From positions 241,752 to 305,751 of the forward strand of contig NIVC01001362.1 in assembly GCA_002269645.1 (NCBI GenBank): a stretch of 64,000 bases of DNA. The letters are read 5' to 3'. The position numbers and the translations under genes were made by a program. Below the pieces are notes generated by a model. The model was given only the letters and a program-made list of their open reading frames with translations. It was not told the DNA's origin and ran no database searches. Below, in pieces: positions 51,440 through 64,000 of the stretch. Source of the DNA: Macrostomum lignano (taxonomy: Eukaryota). Numbering within the stretch: the first letter of the stretch is position 1; each line of letters begins with the position of its first letter.

Positions 51440-52325
51440 GAATAGAGTTTAGCGCCAATTTAGCGCCACAGCCTAGAGTTAAGCGTCAATTAGGCGCCAC
51501 AGCCTAGAGTTTAGCGTCAATTAGGCGCCATAGACTAGAGTTTAGCGCCAATTAAGCACCACAGCCTAGAGTTTAGCGCCAACTAAGCGCCATAGACTAG
51601 AGTTTAGCGCCAATTAGGTGCCATAGACTAGAGTTTAGCACCAATTAAGCGCCACAGTCTAGAGTTTAGCGCCAACTAAGCGCCATAGACTAGAGTTTAG
51701 CGCCAATTAGGCGCCATAGACTAGAGTTTAGCGTCAATTAGGCGCCATAGACTAGAGTTTAGCGCCAATAAGGCGCCACAGCCTAGAGTTTAGCGCCAAT
51801 TAGGCGCAATAGACTAGAGTTTAGCGCCAATTAGGCGCCATAGACTAGAGTTTAGCGCCAATTAGGCGCCATAGACTAGAGTTTAGCGCGAATTAGGCGC
51901 CATAGACTAGAGTTTAGCGCCAACTAAGCGCCATAGACTAAAATTTAGCGCCAATCAAGCGCCACAACCTTGAGTTTAGCGCCAATTAAGCGCCACAGCC
52001 TAGAGTTTAGCGTCAATTAGGCGCCATAGACTAGAGTTTAGCGTCAATTAGGCGCCATAGACTAAGAGTTTAGCGCCAATTAGGTGCCATAGACTAGAGT
52101 TTAGCGCCAACTAAGCGCCATAGACTAAAATTTAGCGCCAATCAAGCGCCACAACCTTGAGTTTAGCGCCAATTAAGCGCCACAGCCTAGAGTTTAGCGT
52201 CAATTAGGCGCCATAGACTAGAGTTTAGCGCCAATTAGGCGCCATAGACTAGAGTTTAGCGCCAATTAAGCGCCCCAGACTAGAGTTAAGCGCCAATTAA
52301 GCGCCATAGACTAGAATTTAGCGCC
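51440..52325. repeat. 31-bp minisatellite (TAGAGTTTAGCGCCAATTAGGCGCCATAGAC) with internal dyad
   Basis: Read directly; GCGCC-AATTA-GGCGC is an inverted repeat. Confidence 0.95.
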
Positions 52326-53631
52326 GATTTCTAATCCAGATCTCTATCTTAAGATCGTCCATGGAACGGGCACCCCTCCACCTCCAACCCCTAACACGGC
52401 GCCCCCAATCGTACATTACTCCTTGCAATTGCAGTCAAACTAAAAGACAGGCTTTCTTATCTTATCTAAAATACGAGCGAATCCCGAAGAAGACTGCACT
52501 GGGTTTATTGCTATATGCATGCATCGGCTTGATAGAATTTGAACTGCTTACATTGAAACATTGCTCACACTGACCTCCTTGGCATGCTTAAAAATGGCCA
52601 GTCATGAACAAGCCATTTTATTGTTTTAATTTTCTCTTTCTAATTGAACGATTTTTTTCTTATTTATGCGAAAACAGTACAGTTGTTTTCAGATCTACGA
52701 GATCGATGTAAATTGATAGACCAAGTCAGAAGCAACCAATCAATCATCTAAACAATTAATCAAAACAATTAAAACAAGCAATCAATTTAACAAACACACA
52801 ATCAATTAAGTAATCAAGAATTCTTACACTCAACCAGTCAATGCCACAAATAAGCATTAAATTGACCAGTAAAAAACTGTTTATTTTTGACAGATTCATT
52901 GACAGATTTATTTTTGATCAATCCATTCTAGACTTTAGCCAGGTGCAGCCGCGCCAGTCAATCAATATATTTAGTGTGCAGATTTAGGATTTGGTCATGA
53001 TTAGCACAATCAAAAGTACATACTCCAGCTACTCTACTCAGAAAATGGCAATGTGAAAAACAGGTAAAAGTCAGGTACATATAGGCATACAAAAGGGTTG
53101 CTGTGTACATATAACTCGGTGTGAGCTGTTCAGACTAAATATAGATGGCTTACATAAATAGCATTGCTTGTTGGTGCAGTGAAATTCTATTAAGAATAAA
53201 GGAGACAGGGAGAGAAATCAACACCATTGAGAAATACACAGCTTTAGTGAATTATATTACTTTTATAGGTAACAGTTAGGCATACTACTACTTCACAACA
53301 AAGTAAGTAGTATCATAAAACAAAGTTTTAAAGTTGAAGCACAATTTAATTTAAAAAAAGTCTTTAAAACTCCTCTCAAAGTTAAAGTAAAAGTTCAGAA
53401 AAACCTACAGATGTCCTTTGTCATTTGCATGACAAAAAACACAATCCCAAAACCGTGCAAACGGGTTAAAAATTGCCGGACTAAATTGCCTACTAGAAAA
53501 TGCGATAAATGCCGGATATCATAAGGATTAGCTATAGATGACAAACAACAGCTGTTTAATTCTTTAGCGTAACAGGAAAGCCAAAATGTGAGTTCCAATT
53601 CAAGCGAGTGCAGTGATGCCAATATGGTTAA

Positions 53632-53668
53632 CAGACAGACAGGCAGACAGACAAATAGACAGACACTA

Positions 53669-53720
<52 letters not shown>

Positions 53721-53738
53721 GGACAGACAGACAGACAG
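53632..53738. repeat. (GACA)n microsatellite
   Basis: Read directly. Confidence 0.95.
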
Positions 53739-54294
53739 ATTTATATTAGCCACAAACACCCCATTGCGAAAACAGAAAGAAATGACACAAAAAGGACACC
53801 ATGAACTAGCAAAACTACAGAAAGTTCTGTAAACAAACAATTGATAAGATACAAACTGCACCATAGAAGCAAAGGAATGTAGCGAAAAAAAATGTATTGA
53901 AAAAAATTCTTTATTCAAAATGTCAGCTCCAGGCTTTTAACAATTTGCTATATAAAGTTCGTACAGTACTAAAAATAAACTAGCAAAGTTAGGAGATCAA
54001 AGGCCATCAGCGGTGCAGTTGGTGCACTTCGTGCGAAGCAGATATGTACAAAAAGGGAAGGAAAAAAATCAGTACGCTGATTTTCACTGGCCCGTCGCTA
54101 TGACAGCAAAAAGGAATGTTTCAGAATTTTAAACAGAAAACATGTATAAACTAATTTCACAGCCGTAAACTTCTTTGCTTTGAAAGCTTTGCTGAAATGT
54201 CTAAAGAACTTATTTAAACAGTTGTATAATAATATTATATTAAGTATAGTATACAAGGCTAAAATTAAGTCTGTAAAAGGTCTTGAACAATCAG

Positions 54295-55045
54295 GGACAA
54301 TTCTCAATGGGAGATTCTCAATGGGGAGATTCTCAATGGGGAGATTCTCAATGGGAGATTCTCAATGGGGAGATTCTCAATGGGGAGATTCTCAATGGGG
54401 AGATTCTCAATGGGGAGATTCTCAATGGGGAGATTCTCAATGGGGAGATTCTCAATGGGGAGATTCTTAATGGGAGATTCTCAATGGGGAGATTCTCAAT
54501 GGGGAGATTCTCAATGGGAGATTCTCAATGGGAGATTCGCAATGGGGAGATTCTCAATGGCAGATTCTCAATGGGGAGATTCTCAATGGGGAGATTCTCA
54601 ATGGGGAGATTCTCAATGGGAGATTCTCAATGGGGAGATTCTCAATGGGAGATTCTCAATGGGGAGATTCTCAATGGGGAGATTCTCAATGGGGAGATTC
54701 TCAATGGGAGATTCTCAATGGGGAGATTCTCAATGGGGAGATTCTCAATGGGAGATTCTCAATGGGAGATTCTCAATGGGGAGATTTTCAATGGGAGATT
54801 CTCAATGGGGAGATTCTCAATGGGAGATTCTCAATGGGGAGATTCTCAATGGGAGATTCTCAATGGGAGATTCTCAATGGGAGATTCTCAATGGGGAGAT
54901 TCTCAATTGGGAGATTCTCAATGGGAGATTCTCAATGAGAGATTTGAAGGGAGATTCTCAATGAGAGATTTGAAGGGAGATTCTCAATGAGAGATTTGAA
55001 GGGAGATTCTCAATGAGAGATTTGAAGGGAGATTCTCAATGAGAG
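54295..55045. repeat. 14-16-bp minisatellite (GGAGATTCTCAATGG)
   Basis: Read directly; length varies in the G run. Confidence 0.96.
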
Positions 55046-55124
55046 ATATCTTAAACTGCAATAGCAATACTATAAAAATTTCTACCACGTAGAAGAAAAA
55101 CAAAAAGCTCCTGCCAAATGGAAA

Positions 55125-58100
55125 TCAAAGATCGTGAAATATTTGCATAGCCATAATCTCTCCAGTGCTCATAGTTTGAGTAGCCACCGACGCGGTGCTG
55201 ACGGAGACCAGACTGGCGCACTGGGAGCACAGCTCCGACGCCGTCTCGGAAGCTGCGTCCGGCTGTTTGACTTCAGGCTGATAGGCAGACGGCTGACCCC
55301 CGATCAGTTTCAAATTGGCGACATTGTCGGCCAGGTTGTCTTCGAGATCGAAGTCGGCGCCGAACTCGCCGATCTCGGCCGGGTCGGAGGAACCGCCGCT
55401 GCTCACCGACCAGCCGTCGCGCTGGTTGTCGATGTCAGACAGGAATTTCACGTCGTCGGCCAGATCGAGGAGGGTGGCGGCGGAGGATCTCGGCTGTTGG
55501 GACGGCGGGACAGCGGAGGAGGCTGGGCGCTCCATCAGAGCTTGGTCAGACTCGCGCCACACCTGGGTGGCCCGCCATTTTGCACGGCTGTCCTTGGTGG
55601 CCAAGATGGCGTTGAAGTAGACGGTGTCGTTCACCTGGGAGGTAGGTGGTTGGGGACTGAGCATGACTGCTGTGTGAGGCTGGACTGTTCGATGGCTGTC
55701 AGCCCGAGGATCTGGGAGGCCGGCACAGCAACTGAGGATCTGGGAGGCTGGCCCAGCAACTGAGGATCTGAGAGGCTGGCCCAGCAACTGAGGATCTGGG
55801 AGGCTGGCCCAGCAACTGGGGATCTGAGAGGCTGGCCCAGCAACTGGGGATCTGGGAGGCTGGCCCAGCAACTGAGGATCTGGGAGGCTGGCCCAGCAAC
55901 TGAGGATCTGGGAGGCTGGCCCAGCAACTGAGGATCTGGGAGACTGGCCCAGCAACTGACACTCTGAGAGGCTGGCCCAGCAACTGGGGATCTGGGAGGC
56001 TGGCCCAGCAACTGGGGATCTGAGAGGCTGGCCCAGCAACTGAGGTTCTGGGAGACTGGCCCAGCAACTGAGGATCTGAGAGGCTGGCCCAGCAACTGAG
56101 GATCTGGGAGGCTGGCCCAGCAACTGAGGATCTGAGAGGCTGGCCCAGCAACTGAGGATCTGGGAGGCTGGCCCAGCAACTGAGGATCTGAGAGGCTGGC
56201 CCAGCAACTGAGGATCTGGGAGGCTGGCCCAGCAACTGGGATCTGAGAGGCTGGCCCAGCAACTGGGGATCTGGGAGGCTGGCCCAGCAACTGAGGATCT
56301 GGGAGGCTGGCCCAGCAACTGAGGATCTGGGAGGCTGGCCCAGCAACTGAGGATCTGGGAGACTGGCCCAGCAACTGACACTCTGAGAGGCTGGCCCAGC
56401 AACTGGGGATCTGGGAGGCTGGCCCAGCAACTGGGATCTGAGAGGCTGGCCCAGCAACTGAGGTTCTGGGAGACTGGCCCAGCAACTGAGGATCTGAGAG
56501 GCTGGCCCAGCAACTGAGGATCTGGGAGGCTGGCCCAGCAACTGAGGATCTGAGAGGCTGGCCCAGCAACTGACACTCTGAGAGGCTGGCCCAGCAACTG
56601 AGGATCTGAGAGGCTGGCCCAGCAACTGAGGATCTGGGAGACTGGCCCAGCAACTGGGGATCTGGGAGGCTGGCCCAGCAACTGAGGATCTGGGAGGCTG
56701 GCCCAGCAACTGAGAATCTGGGAGGCTGGCCCAGCAACTGGGGATCTGGGAGGCTGGCCCAGCAACTGAGGATCTGGGAGGCTGGCCCAGCAACTGAGAA
56801 TCTGGGAGGCTGGCCCAGCAACTGGGGATCTGGGAGGCTGGCCCAGCAACTGGGGATCTGGGAGGCTGGCCCAGCAACTGAGGATCTGGGAGACTGGCCC
56901 AGCAACTGAGGATCTGGGAGGCTGGCCTAAGCAACTGGGGATCTGGGAGGCTGGCCTAAGCAACTGAGGATCTGGGAGACTGGCCCAGCACCTAGGATCT
57001 GGGAGGCTGGCCCAGCAACTGAGGATCTGGGAGACTGGCCCAGAGGATTCGAGCGCCAGCCCTTACCTTAAAATACTTCTGCAGGTCGTCCACGTGTTTA
57101 AAAATAGACCGATCAAAGAAAACGTGTTCGTGCCGACCCAGGTCGATGATGCCCCACAGCTTGGCGCAGTGGAACACGCGGCCTCGGCGGTTGGACAGCG
57201 AGCGAGGCGGCGGCGGATCGGCAGTTGTCGACGACGAGGACTGGCTGCTGAGCCGCAGACTGCGTCGCTGAAATTCGTTGCGCCCGAAAGCCGAACCATT
57301 CGAAACCATGGCGTCCGGCCCGGTCGAGTTTAGGTTGAACAGGCGGGGCCGCTTTCTAAGAAATTCCTCCAATTCGAGCTGCGTCCAGCCGATGAAGTTG
57401 CGGGCGGCCTCGGCGGAGTCGCCCGACCTGCGGCGATTTTTCATATGGGCGATTTTCTATTTATATAGGAGATATTCTATTTATATAGGCGATTTTCTAT
57501 TTATATAGGCGATTTTCTATTTATATAGGCGATTTTCTATTTATATAGGCGATTTTCTACATATATAGGCGATTTTATATTTATAAGTTTTGATTTTTAT
57601 ATGTAGAGATATAGGCGATTTTATATTTATATAGGCGATTTTCTATTTATATAGGCGATTTTCTATTTATATAGGCGATTTTCTACATATATAGGCGATT
57701 TTATATTTATATAGGCGATTTTCTATTTATATAGGCGATTTTCTATTTATATAGGCGATTTTCTATTTATATAGGCGATTTTCTATTTATATAGGCGATT
57801 TTCTATTTATATAGGCGATTTTCTACATATATAGGCGATTTTCTATTTATATAGGCGATTTTCTATTTATATAGGCGATTTTCTATTTATATAGGCGATT
57901 TTATATTTATATAGGCGATTTTCTACATATATAGGCGATTTTCTATTTATATAGGCGATTTTCTATTTATATAGGCGATTTTCTATTTATATAGGCGATT
58001 TTATATTTATATAGGCGATTTTCTATTTTTTATATTTATACGTGGATTTCCGGAAGGCTTTTGACTCGGTGGCCAGGCTAGCGATTGCATGGCTGCTGTC

Positions 58101-61100
58101 CTACTACGGCGTCCCCCCTGCACTGGTGGCTGCGGTGATGGATCTGTACAGCGATTCCAGGGCATTTGTTCAGTCGAGCGACGGCCCCACTGATGAGTTC
58201 AGCACAAGCTCTGGCGTCCTTCAGGGCGACACGCTGGCTCCTCTGCTTTTCATCATGGTCGTGGACTACGTGCTGCGCCGGTCTCTCCATGATGACGACG
58301 GCTATGTGCTAGTCCCACGTCGAAGCTCCCGACACCCTGCAGTCCCGCTGCCGGCTCTTGCGTATGCAGACGACATCGCACTCCTCTGTCGCGATCCAGC
58401 TGCTGCCCAACGCGCTCTCTTAAGACTCTGCGAGGAGGGCGCTCGGGTTGGACTGATGATCAACGCACTGAAGACAGAAGTGCTGCACGTGGGCACTGAT
58501 ACCGCCCCGGCACTAGATCTGCCCAACGGAGACGCCATCGCGGTGTGCGAGGACTTTCGGTACCTCGGCTCCCTGGTGATGAGTCCCGACTCCATCGTCT
58601 CCGACAGAAGGAATCAGGCCTGGCGTGCGGCGCACCTTCTCAGGAACGTCTTCAACTCTGCTGCAAGAGACAGCCTGAAGGTGCGCCTCTTCCGCGCTGC
58701 CGTTGAGCCTATCCTTCTGTACGGCATGGAAGCAGTGCCGATGACCGCCACGCGAGAGAAAGCCCTGGACGCGCTGTACAGGTCCCTGCTGCGCCACGCC
58801 CTGGGCGTGCACTACCCGGAGAGGCTGCCGTCCAGAGACCTGATGGTTCGCGCCGGCGTCCCAGCCCTGAGCGTCACCCTGCGCCGGCGCCGCCAGATGC
58901 TGCTGGGCCACTGTCTGAGGAGCCACGGTCGCGGCGAGCGAAACCCGCTTGCGCTGGTCCTCCTGCACCAACCGACCGAGCGGCTGCGCCGCGGCCAAGG
59001 AAGAACTGTGACGCTAATTACCACTCTGTTGGCTGACTTGCAGGCTATCGGACTTGATCCCCAGTCCGCCATGGCCTGCCCCTCCCGACTGTTCTGCGAG
59101 CGCGTGCGCGCAAAAGCTATCTAACTTTTTGCGTCTATATATATATATATATAGGCGATTTTCTACATATATAGGCGATTTTCTATTTATATAGGCGATT
59201 TTATATTTATATAGGCGATTTTCTATTTATATAGGCGATTTTCTACATATATAGGCGATTTTCTATTTATATAGGCGATTTTCTATTTATATAGGCGATT
59301 TTATATTTATATAGGCGATTTTCTACATATATAGGCGATTTTCTATTTATATAGGCGATTTTCTATTTATATAGGCGATTTTCTATTTATATAGGCGATT
59401 TTATATTTATATAGGCGATTTTCTATTTATATAGGCGATTTTATATTTATATAGGCGATTTTATATTTATATAGGCGATTTTCTACATATATAGGCGATT
59501 TTCTATTTATATAGGCGATTTTCTATTTATATAGGCGATTTTATATTTATATAGGCGATTTTCTATTTATATAGGCGATTTTCTATTTATATAGGCGATT
59601 TTCTACATATATAGGCGATTTTCTATTCATATAGACGATTTTATATTTATATAGCGTTCAAATTTGTACACACACAGACAGAGTTTTGATTTTTATAGGT
59701 AGAGAGAGGCGATTTTCGTTTTATATAGGCGATTTTCTATTTATTTAGGCGATTTTCTATTTATATAGGCGATGTTCGTTTTATATAGGCGATTTTATAT
59801 TTATATAGGCGATTTTATATTTATATAGGCGGTTTTATATTTATATAGGCGGTTTTATATTTATATAGGCGGTTTTATATTTATATAGGCGGTTTTATAT
59901 TTATATAGGCGGTTTTATATTTATATAGGCGATTTTTTATATTTATATAGGCGGTTTTATATTTATATAGGCGGTTTTATATTTATATGGGCGAAATTCT
60001 ATTTATATAGGCGATATTGTACATATATAGGCGATTTTCTTTTTATATAGGCGATTTTTATATTTATATAGGCGATTTTCTACATATACAGGCGATTTTC
60101 TTTTTATATAGGCGATTTTCTATTCATAGAGGCGATTTTCTACATATACGCGATTTCTACATATATGGCGATTTTCCACACGCAATCCTCTAGGGCTGCA
60201 CAGACGACACTCTACAGTCTCCAGTTCCCCAACCAACCTGGATATCACAGCGAACAGCTGCGCCAGTGGCAGCCCGCCGCCAGTCCTAGTTGCCGCTCTG
60301 TCCAGAACTCGCCTAACAAATTCCACGGCCTTGAACTCGGCTGCTGGCATTGACGCTGAGCAGGCTGTCGAGCTCACGCTACCAGTATCATCGAACGCTT
60401 CGTCGTTATAATTCGATTCGGCAGGCGTCCCCGGCAGCGAGTTGGCGAATGTGTCGTCCATGCTGCCGCCAAGAAAACCGCCGCCGCCGCCGCCTTGCGC
60501 CCGACCGGATTTCGACAGCATACTGCGGGGTCGGCTGGTGCGAGCGGAGTGCGTGTGACGCAATCTGGAACCGGATGAAGAAGACAATGACTGCTGCTGC
60601 TGCTGGGACTGCTTCTCCTGCTGCCTGGTTGTCACGGCAGCGAACGTGTCCCGCAGGCCAACCAGTTCGCCTTGGATTTCAAACACGTGCCGATGCTTGG
60701 CTAGAAATTTAGCGAAATCTGACTGCGGCCCCACTACTGAACGAACTTCGGCCGGGGCCTGGCTGAGGTGGCCGGCCGGCCAGACTCTTTATTGGCACCC
60801 AGCGGTCCTCGCGGCGGCGGCCGAGGCGGCTCTGCGAAGTTGAAAGAGAGAAGAAATGATAAAAAATTGCCTTGCATAAAACGTCATAAAACGAGATATC
60901 ACGGCACAAGTTCGTCGCCTAAAAATTCGTCAAAGAGTCGCTCTAGGGGAAATTTGAAGCGTTTTATTGTTTGAGCTATAGCCATGGGCCCTCTGAGGTA
61001 ATGGCTATTGTTCGCTAGGCATATCTAACTTTAAGGTAAAAAAAAGTCAGTGAGAAATGCCCATTTTGCCTCTCCGGTGCTGAGAATGCACAGAACTTCA

Positions 61101-62531
61101 CCTGCAATTGCTTTGCTTTTACTCGGAGAGGCTGGCCTACACTTCAGCCAAGTCTCCGGATCTTTCCGACGTTTTCAGGCTTGAGAATCTCGGCTAGCTC
61201 GTCCGCTACCTAAGGGCTACCGGGTGAGAGACGCCAGGATCAGCGGACTGGGCGACGACGCCCCCCCCCCCTGCATCCGGATGCGTGGAGCCCCCCTGCA
61301 GCTGAGTTACGCAGGGAGAATTGAATGCTGATGAGGAATGGCAGATGCTGAGTTGCCAGGAATACTCAGAAGCACTCTGTTCTCCCTCATCCCTAATCTA
61401 ACCTCACGCACTCTGCTCTCCCACATCCCTAATCTAACCTCACGCACTCTGCTCTCCTTCATCCCTAATCTAATCTCAATCACTCTGTTCTCCCTCATCC
61501 CTAATCTAACCTCACGCACTCTGCTCTCCCTCATCCCTAATCTAACCTCACGCAGTCCTCTCCCACATCCCTAATCTAACCTCACGCACTCTGCTCTCCC
61601 TCATCCCTAATCTAACCTCACGCAGTCTGCTCTCCCACATCCCTAATCTAACCTCACGCACTCTGCTCTCCCTCATCCCTAATCTAACCTCACGCAGTCT
61701 GCTCTCCCACATCCCTAATCTAACCTCACGCACTCTGTTCTCCCTCATCCCTAATCTAACCTCATGTACTCTGCTCTCCCACATCCCTAATCTAACCTCA
61801 CGCACTCTGTTCTCCCTCATCCCTAATCTAACCTCATGCACTCTGCTCTCCCTCATCCCTAATCTAATCTCATGCACCCTGCTCTCCCTATCCAGTATAA
61901 TCTCAGACACTCTTGCGTGATGTACGAGATTCATTAAGGCAAATCTCTATCGATCATTCATTCACACACTTTTTGGTTTCACAAATGAGTGCAACAATTA
62001 CTAAAATACAATTAAGTGCTAGGCACACCTGAAAGAATCTGACAGCTTCGCTCTCCCTAGCAACCTCCATCATAACGCTGGCGGACAGAGTTGATGACGA
62101 GCAGGAGGACATTGATAGCCTATCGAAACCATTGGTCAACTCGCCGCTGTCAGCAGATCCAGCACCTGGCGGTGAATTGGACTGCGGTGGCACTGAAGAG
62201 GGCACCTCATTGCTCTGATTGAGTCGATGATCAGTGTCAAGTCCAGCTGGCCCAACGCTGCCTACTGCAGATGCCATATCGTCATGGAGCCGGAATAGGC
62301 TGGGTGCCGCTGTAGAAAAGCTCGCATGCGCCAGCCTGGTCAATTGCTGTTGGCTTCTGCACCACCGCCTGGTCTGTGTAAAAGTTTCTGATAGAACAGG
62401 CAATGGCAGTCCGCGTGGGGCGCATTCATCAGCAGCTCTAGAAGGTGTAACATGGCCCGATGCTGCGGTGACCCATTTGTGTCAAATGAACTCAGCATAG
62501 TAGTGAGGAGTTTAGGCTGACCAATAAGCAG
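55125..62531 (-). CDS. LIN-66-like RNA-binding protein (winged-helix/LOTUS-like repeats + cold-shock domain); 5' exons lie further right or beyond the window; several frameshifts
   Basis: Exons 62531-62029, 60831-60238, 57427-57067 and 55634-55125, with compatible phases. Motifs EAVRFFQ|SRLG...WVPIKSLAGHLSQA (after removing a 4-bp GGCC duplication near 60775), VGPQSDFAKFLAKHRHVF, IGWTQLELEEFLRKRPRLF and GRVFHCAKLWGIIDLGRHEHVFFDRSIF...FK|VNDTVYFNAILA...KWRATQVW. The family call is from recalled similarity. Confidence 0.75.
55700..57045. repeat. 28-bp minisatellite (GGAGGCTGGCCCAGCAACTGAGGATCTG) filling an intron
   Basis: About 48 copies. Confidence 0.97.
57445..60175. repeat. 20-bp minisatellite (ATAGGCGATTTTCTATTTAT), interrupted by the RT element
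   Basis: Continues in the same orientation on both sides of 58041-59153. Confidence 0.97.
58041..59153 (+). mobile_element. 5'-truncated non-LTR retrotransposon (RTE-like RT C-terminal portion, 360 codons intact) with (TA)n tail
   Basis: DFRKAFDSV, GVLQGDTLAPLLF, LAYADDIALL, FRYLGS; stop 59122-59124, 11-nt 3' UTR, then (TA)9. No endonuclease domain in the retained part. Confidence 0.93.
61375..61890. repeat. 36-bp minisatellite (CTCTGCTCTCCCTCATCCCTAATCTAACCTCACGCA)
   Basis: About 14 copies inside an intron of the LIN-66-like gene. Confidence 0.95.
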
Positions 62532-64000
62532 CTGAAAATAAAAGTGTTTTTTTAGTATTGACATTTGTAATATTAGTCAAAATAATTCAAATAACTACAA
62601 TGAATTATAAATAAGCAAAAATTACTCAATCTAGTTTGTTTTAATCCATCAACCTATCTAATTTAACAATTATAAACTAAATTTATTAAATTAGCTTATT
62701 TTCTTAATAATCTAAATCTTTGAGCATTTAAAGTTGAAAGAATATTTTATATAGAGTCTTGATAAGGAATATTTTCCTAAATTTTGACACTTATATGTTA
62801 AATCATACTTACTAGGTTTTTTATGCCAAATGGTTGCTATGGCATCTTAAATTTTATTTGGCACCCTGAATTTGGACCCATAGTGCCAAAATGGCACCAC
62901 AAATTTTTAAGCCTAGTGCCAAAAAAATTAATGTATTTTATGATACAGATGAAATCATTGAAGTGAAAGTATATGTAGCTATGTAGGTATTGTCTTATCT
63001 CAACTCTTGTATATGAAAAAATGAGGAAAGGATGAAGGTTGCTCAATAACTTTTTTTGGTATTGACAATAAGCAGGTCTTATATAGCTAAATGAGTAAGC
63101 AATATAAAAAACTAAGTTTTTATTATGGTCCCATTTATGAATATGGACTGAATGGACATTTCTGCGAAGTGCGAATTAAGACAAATCCGCCAAATTTATA
63201 TCGATTTAATAATTACAATTATCAGCAAATTCTATTCCATACCATCTCTAGGCAATCGCAAAATATTGTTTTGCTTGCTAGGCTATAATTCCTCTATGCC
63301 ATTATTTATTATTTTGTCCCTAACTATTCCAGAGGTTGGAATTGTCTAGAAATGCAAATGAAATATATTATTATTATTATTGTATCGAACTACGACTGTA
63401 ACGTACTAAACACTGATGAAATGTTAGTGTCTAATAAAATTTTCGACGCTTTGTGCTAAAACAGTAAAATAATACTTTAGCCATCAAAGTGTTAAAAGAA
63501 AATTTAACGTTGAAATATGATGAAAATATTCTATTAAACGTAATGAGTCACGTCGAGACAAGGAGCTAATCTGGACTGAATCAGTTGATCAACAACCAAG
63601 AAAATCGATATTTCCCTTCTATTTGAATTGAATAACTATCATTCGCACATTTACTTTTTATGGTACCAGTTGTGATGTAGGAACACTTTTAGAACTTTAA
63701 TTTTAAGAAAAGAAAATAAGAACCAATTGACGAATTTAGGCATGACAATAGACTAGTTAACTAGTATTCAATGGCCTGTTGAGTGAGTATAAAAAACAGT
63801 TACACAGTAAATAGATAGTCTATCCTGCATGGTACCATTTCTATGTGCTTATGGTTCAGCAACTTGCTATATTTCTTGTTCTTACCATTGCCTTGTGACT
63901 GCAATCAACTGGCAGCAGTATAGACTATAATTGGCTACCTAAAATACAGATAATGCCTATTAGATCGGCTAGTTTCTGCTTGATAACTCAGTTTGTCCTT

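Noticed and set aside
55125-56963. 612-aa minus-strand ORF
   Set aside because: Only 55634-55125 is a real exon. The rest is a 28-bp intronic array that happens to lack stops, bounded by good GT/AG sites.

Overview
Eukaryotic (animal) genomic DNA with GC-rich exons, AT-rich spacers, spliceosomal introns and about 28 different micro/minisatellite arrays. The style suggests a free-living flatworm such as Macrostomum (inference only). Genes rebuilt by hand from splice sites and frame: an orphan 2-exon gene (1990-2884); an AAC4-like, putative PD-(D/E)XK nuclease-fold gene (4427-6636); an intronless RhoGAP (9339-10373); an ankyrin + MAP3K-like kinase (minus, 16803-19737); lin-9 (26220-30675); FBXL16 (minus, 38423-46096, with a probable GC-AG intron); a quiver/Ly6-type GPI protein (minus, 50052-50519); and a LIN-66-like winged-helix/cold-shock gene (minus, 55125 to beyond 62531). 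Also present: tRNA-Pro(TGG), tRNA-Asn(GTT), a 2.06-kb TIR element carrying a small Tudor-like ORF, a piggyBac remnant, a tRNA-derived SINE, and a 5'-truncated non-LTR RT element inserted into a 20-bp satellite. Three host genes read through only after correcting small indels (assembly errors or pseudogenisation). Nearly all very long ORFs in the supplied track are tandem-repeat artefacts. No CRISPR array or prokaryotic system is supported.
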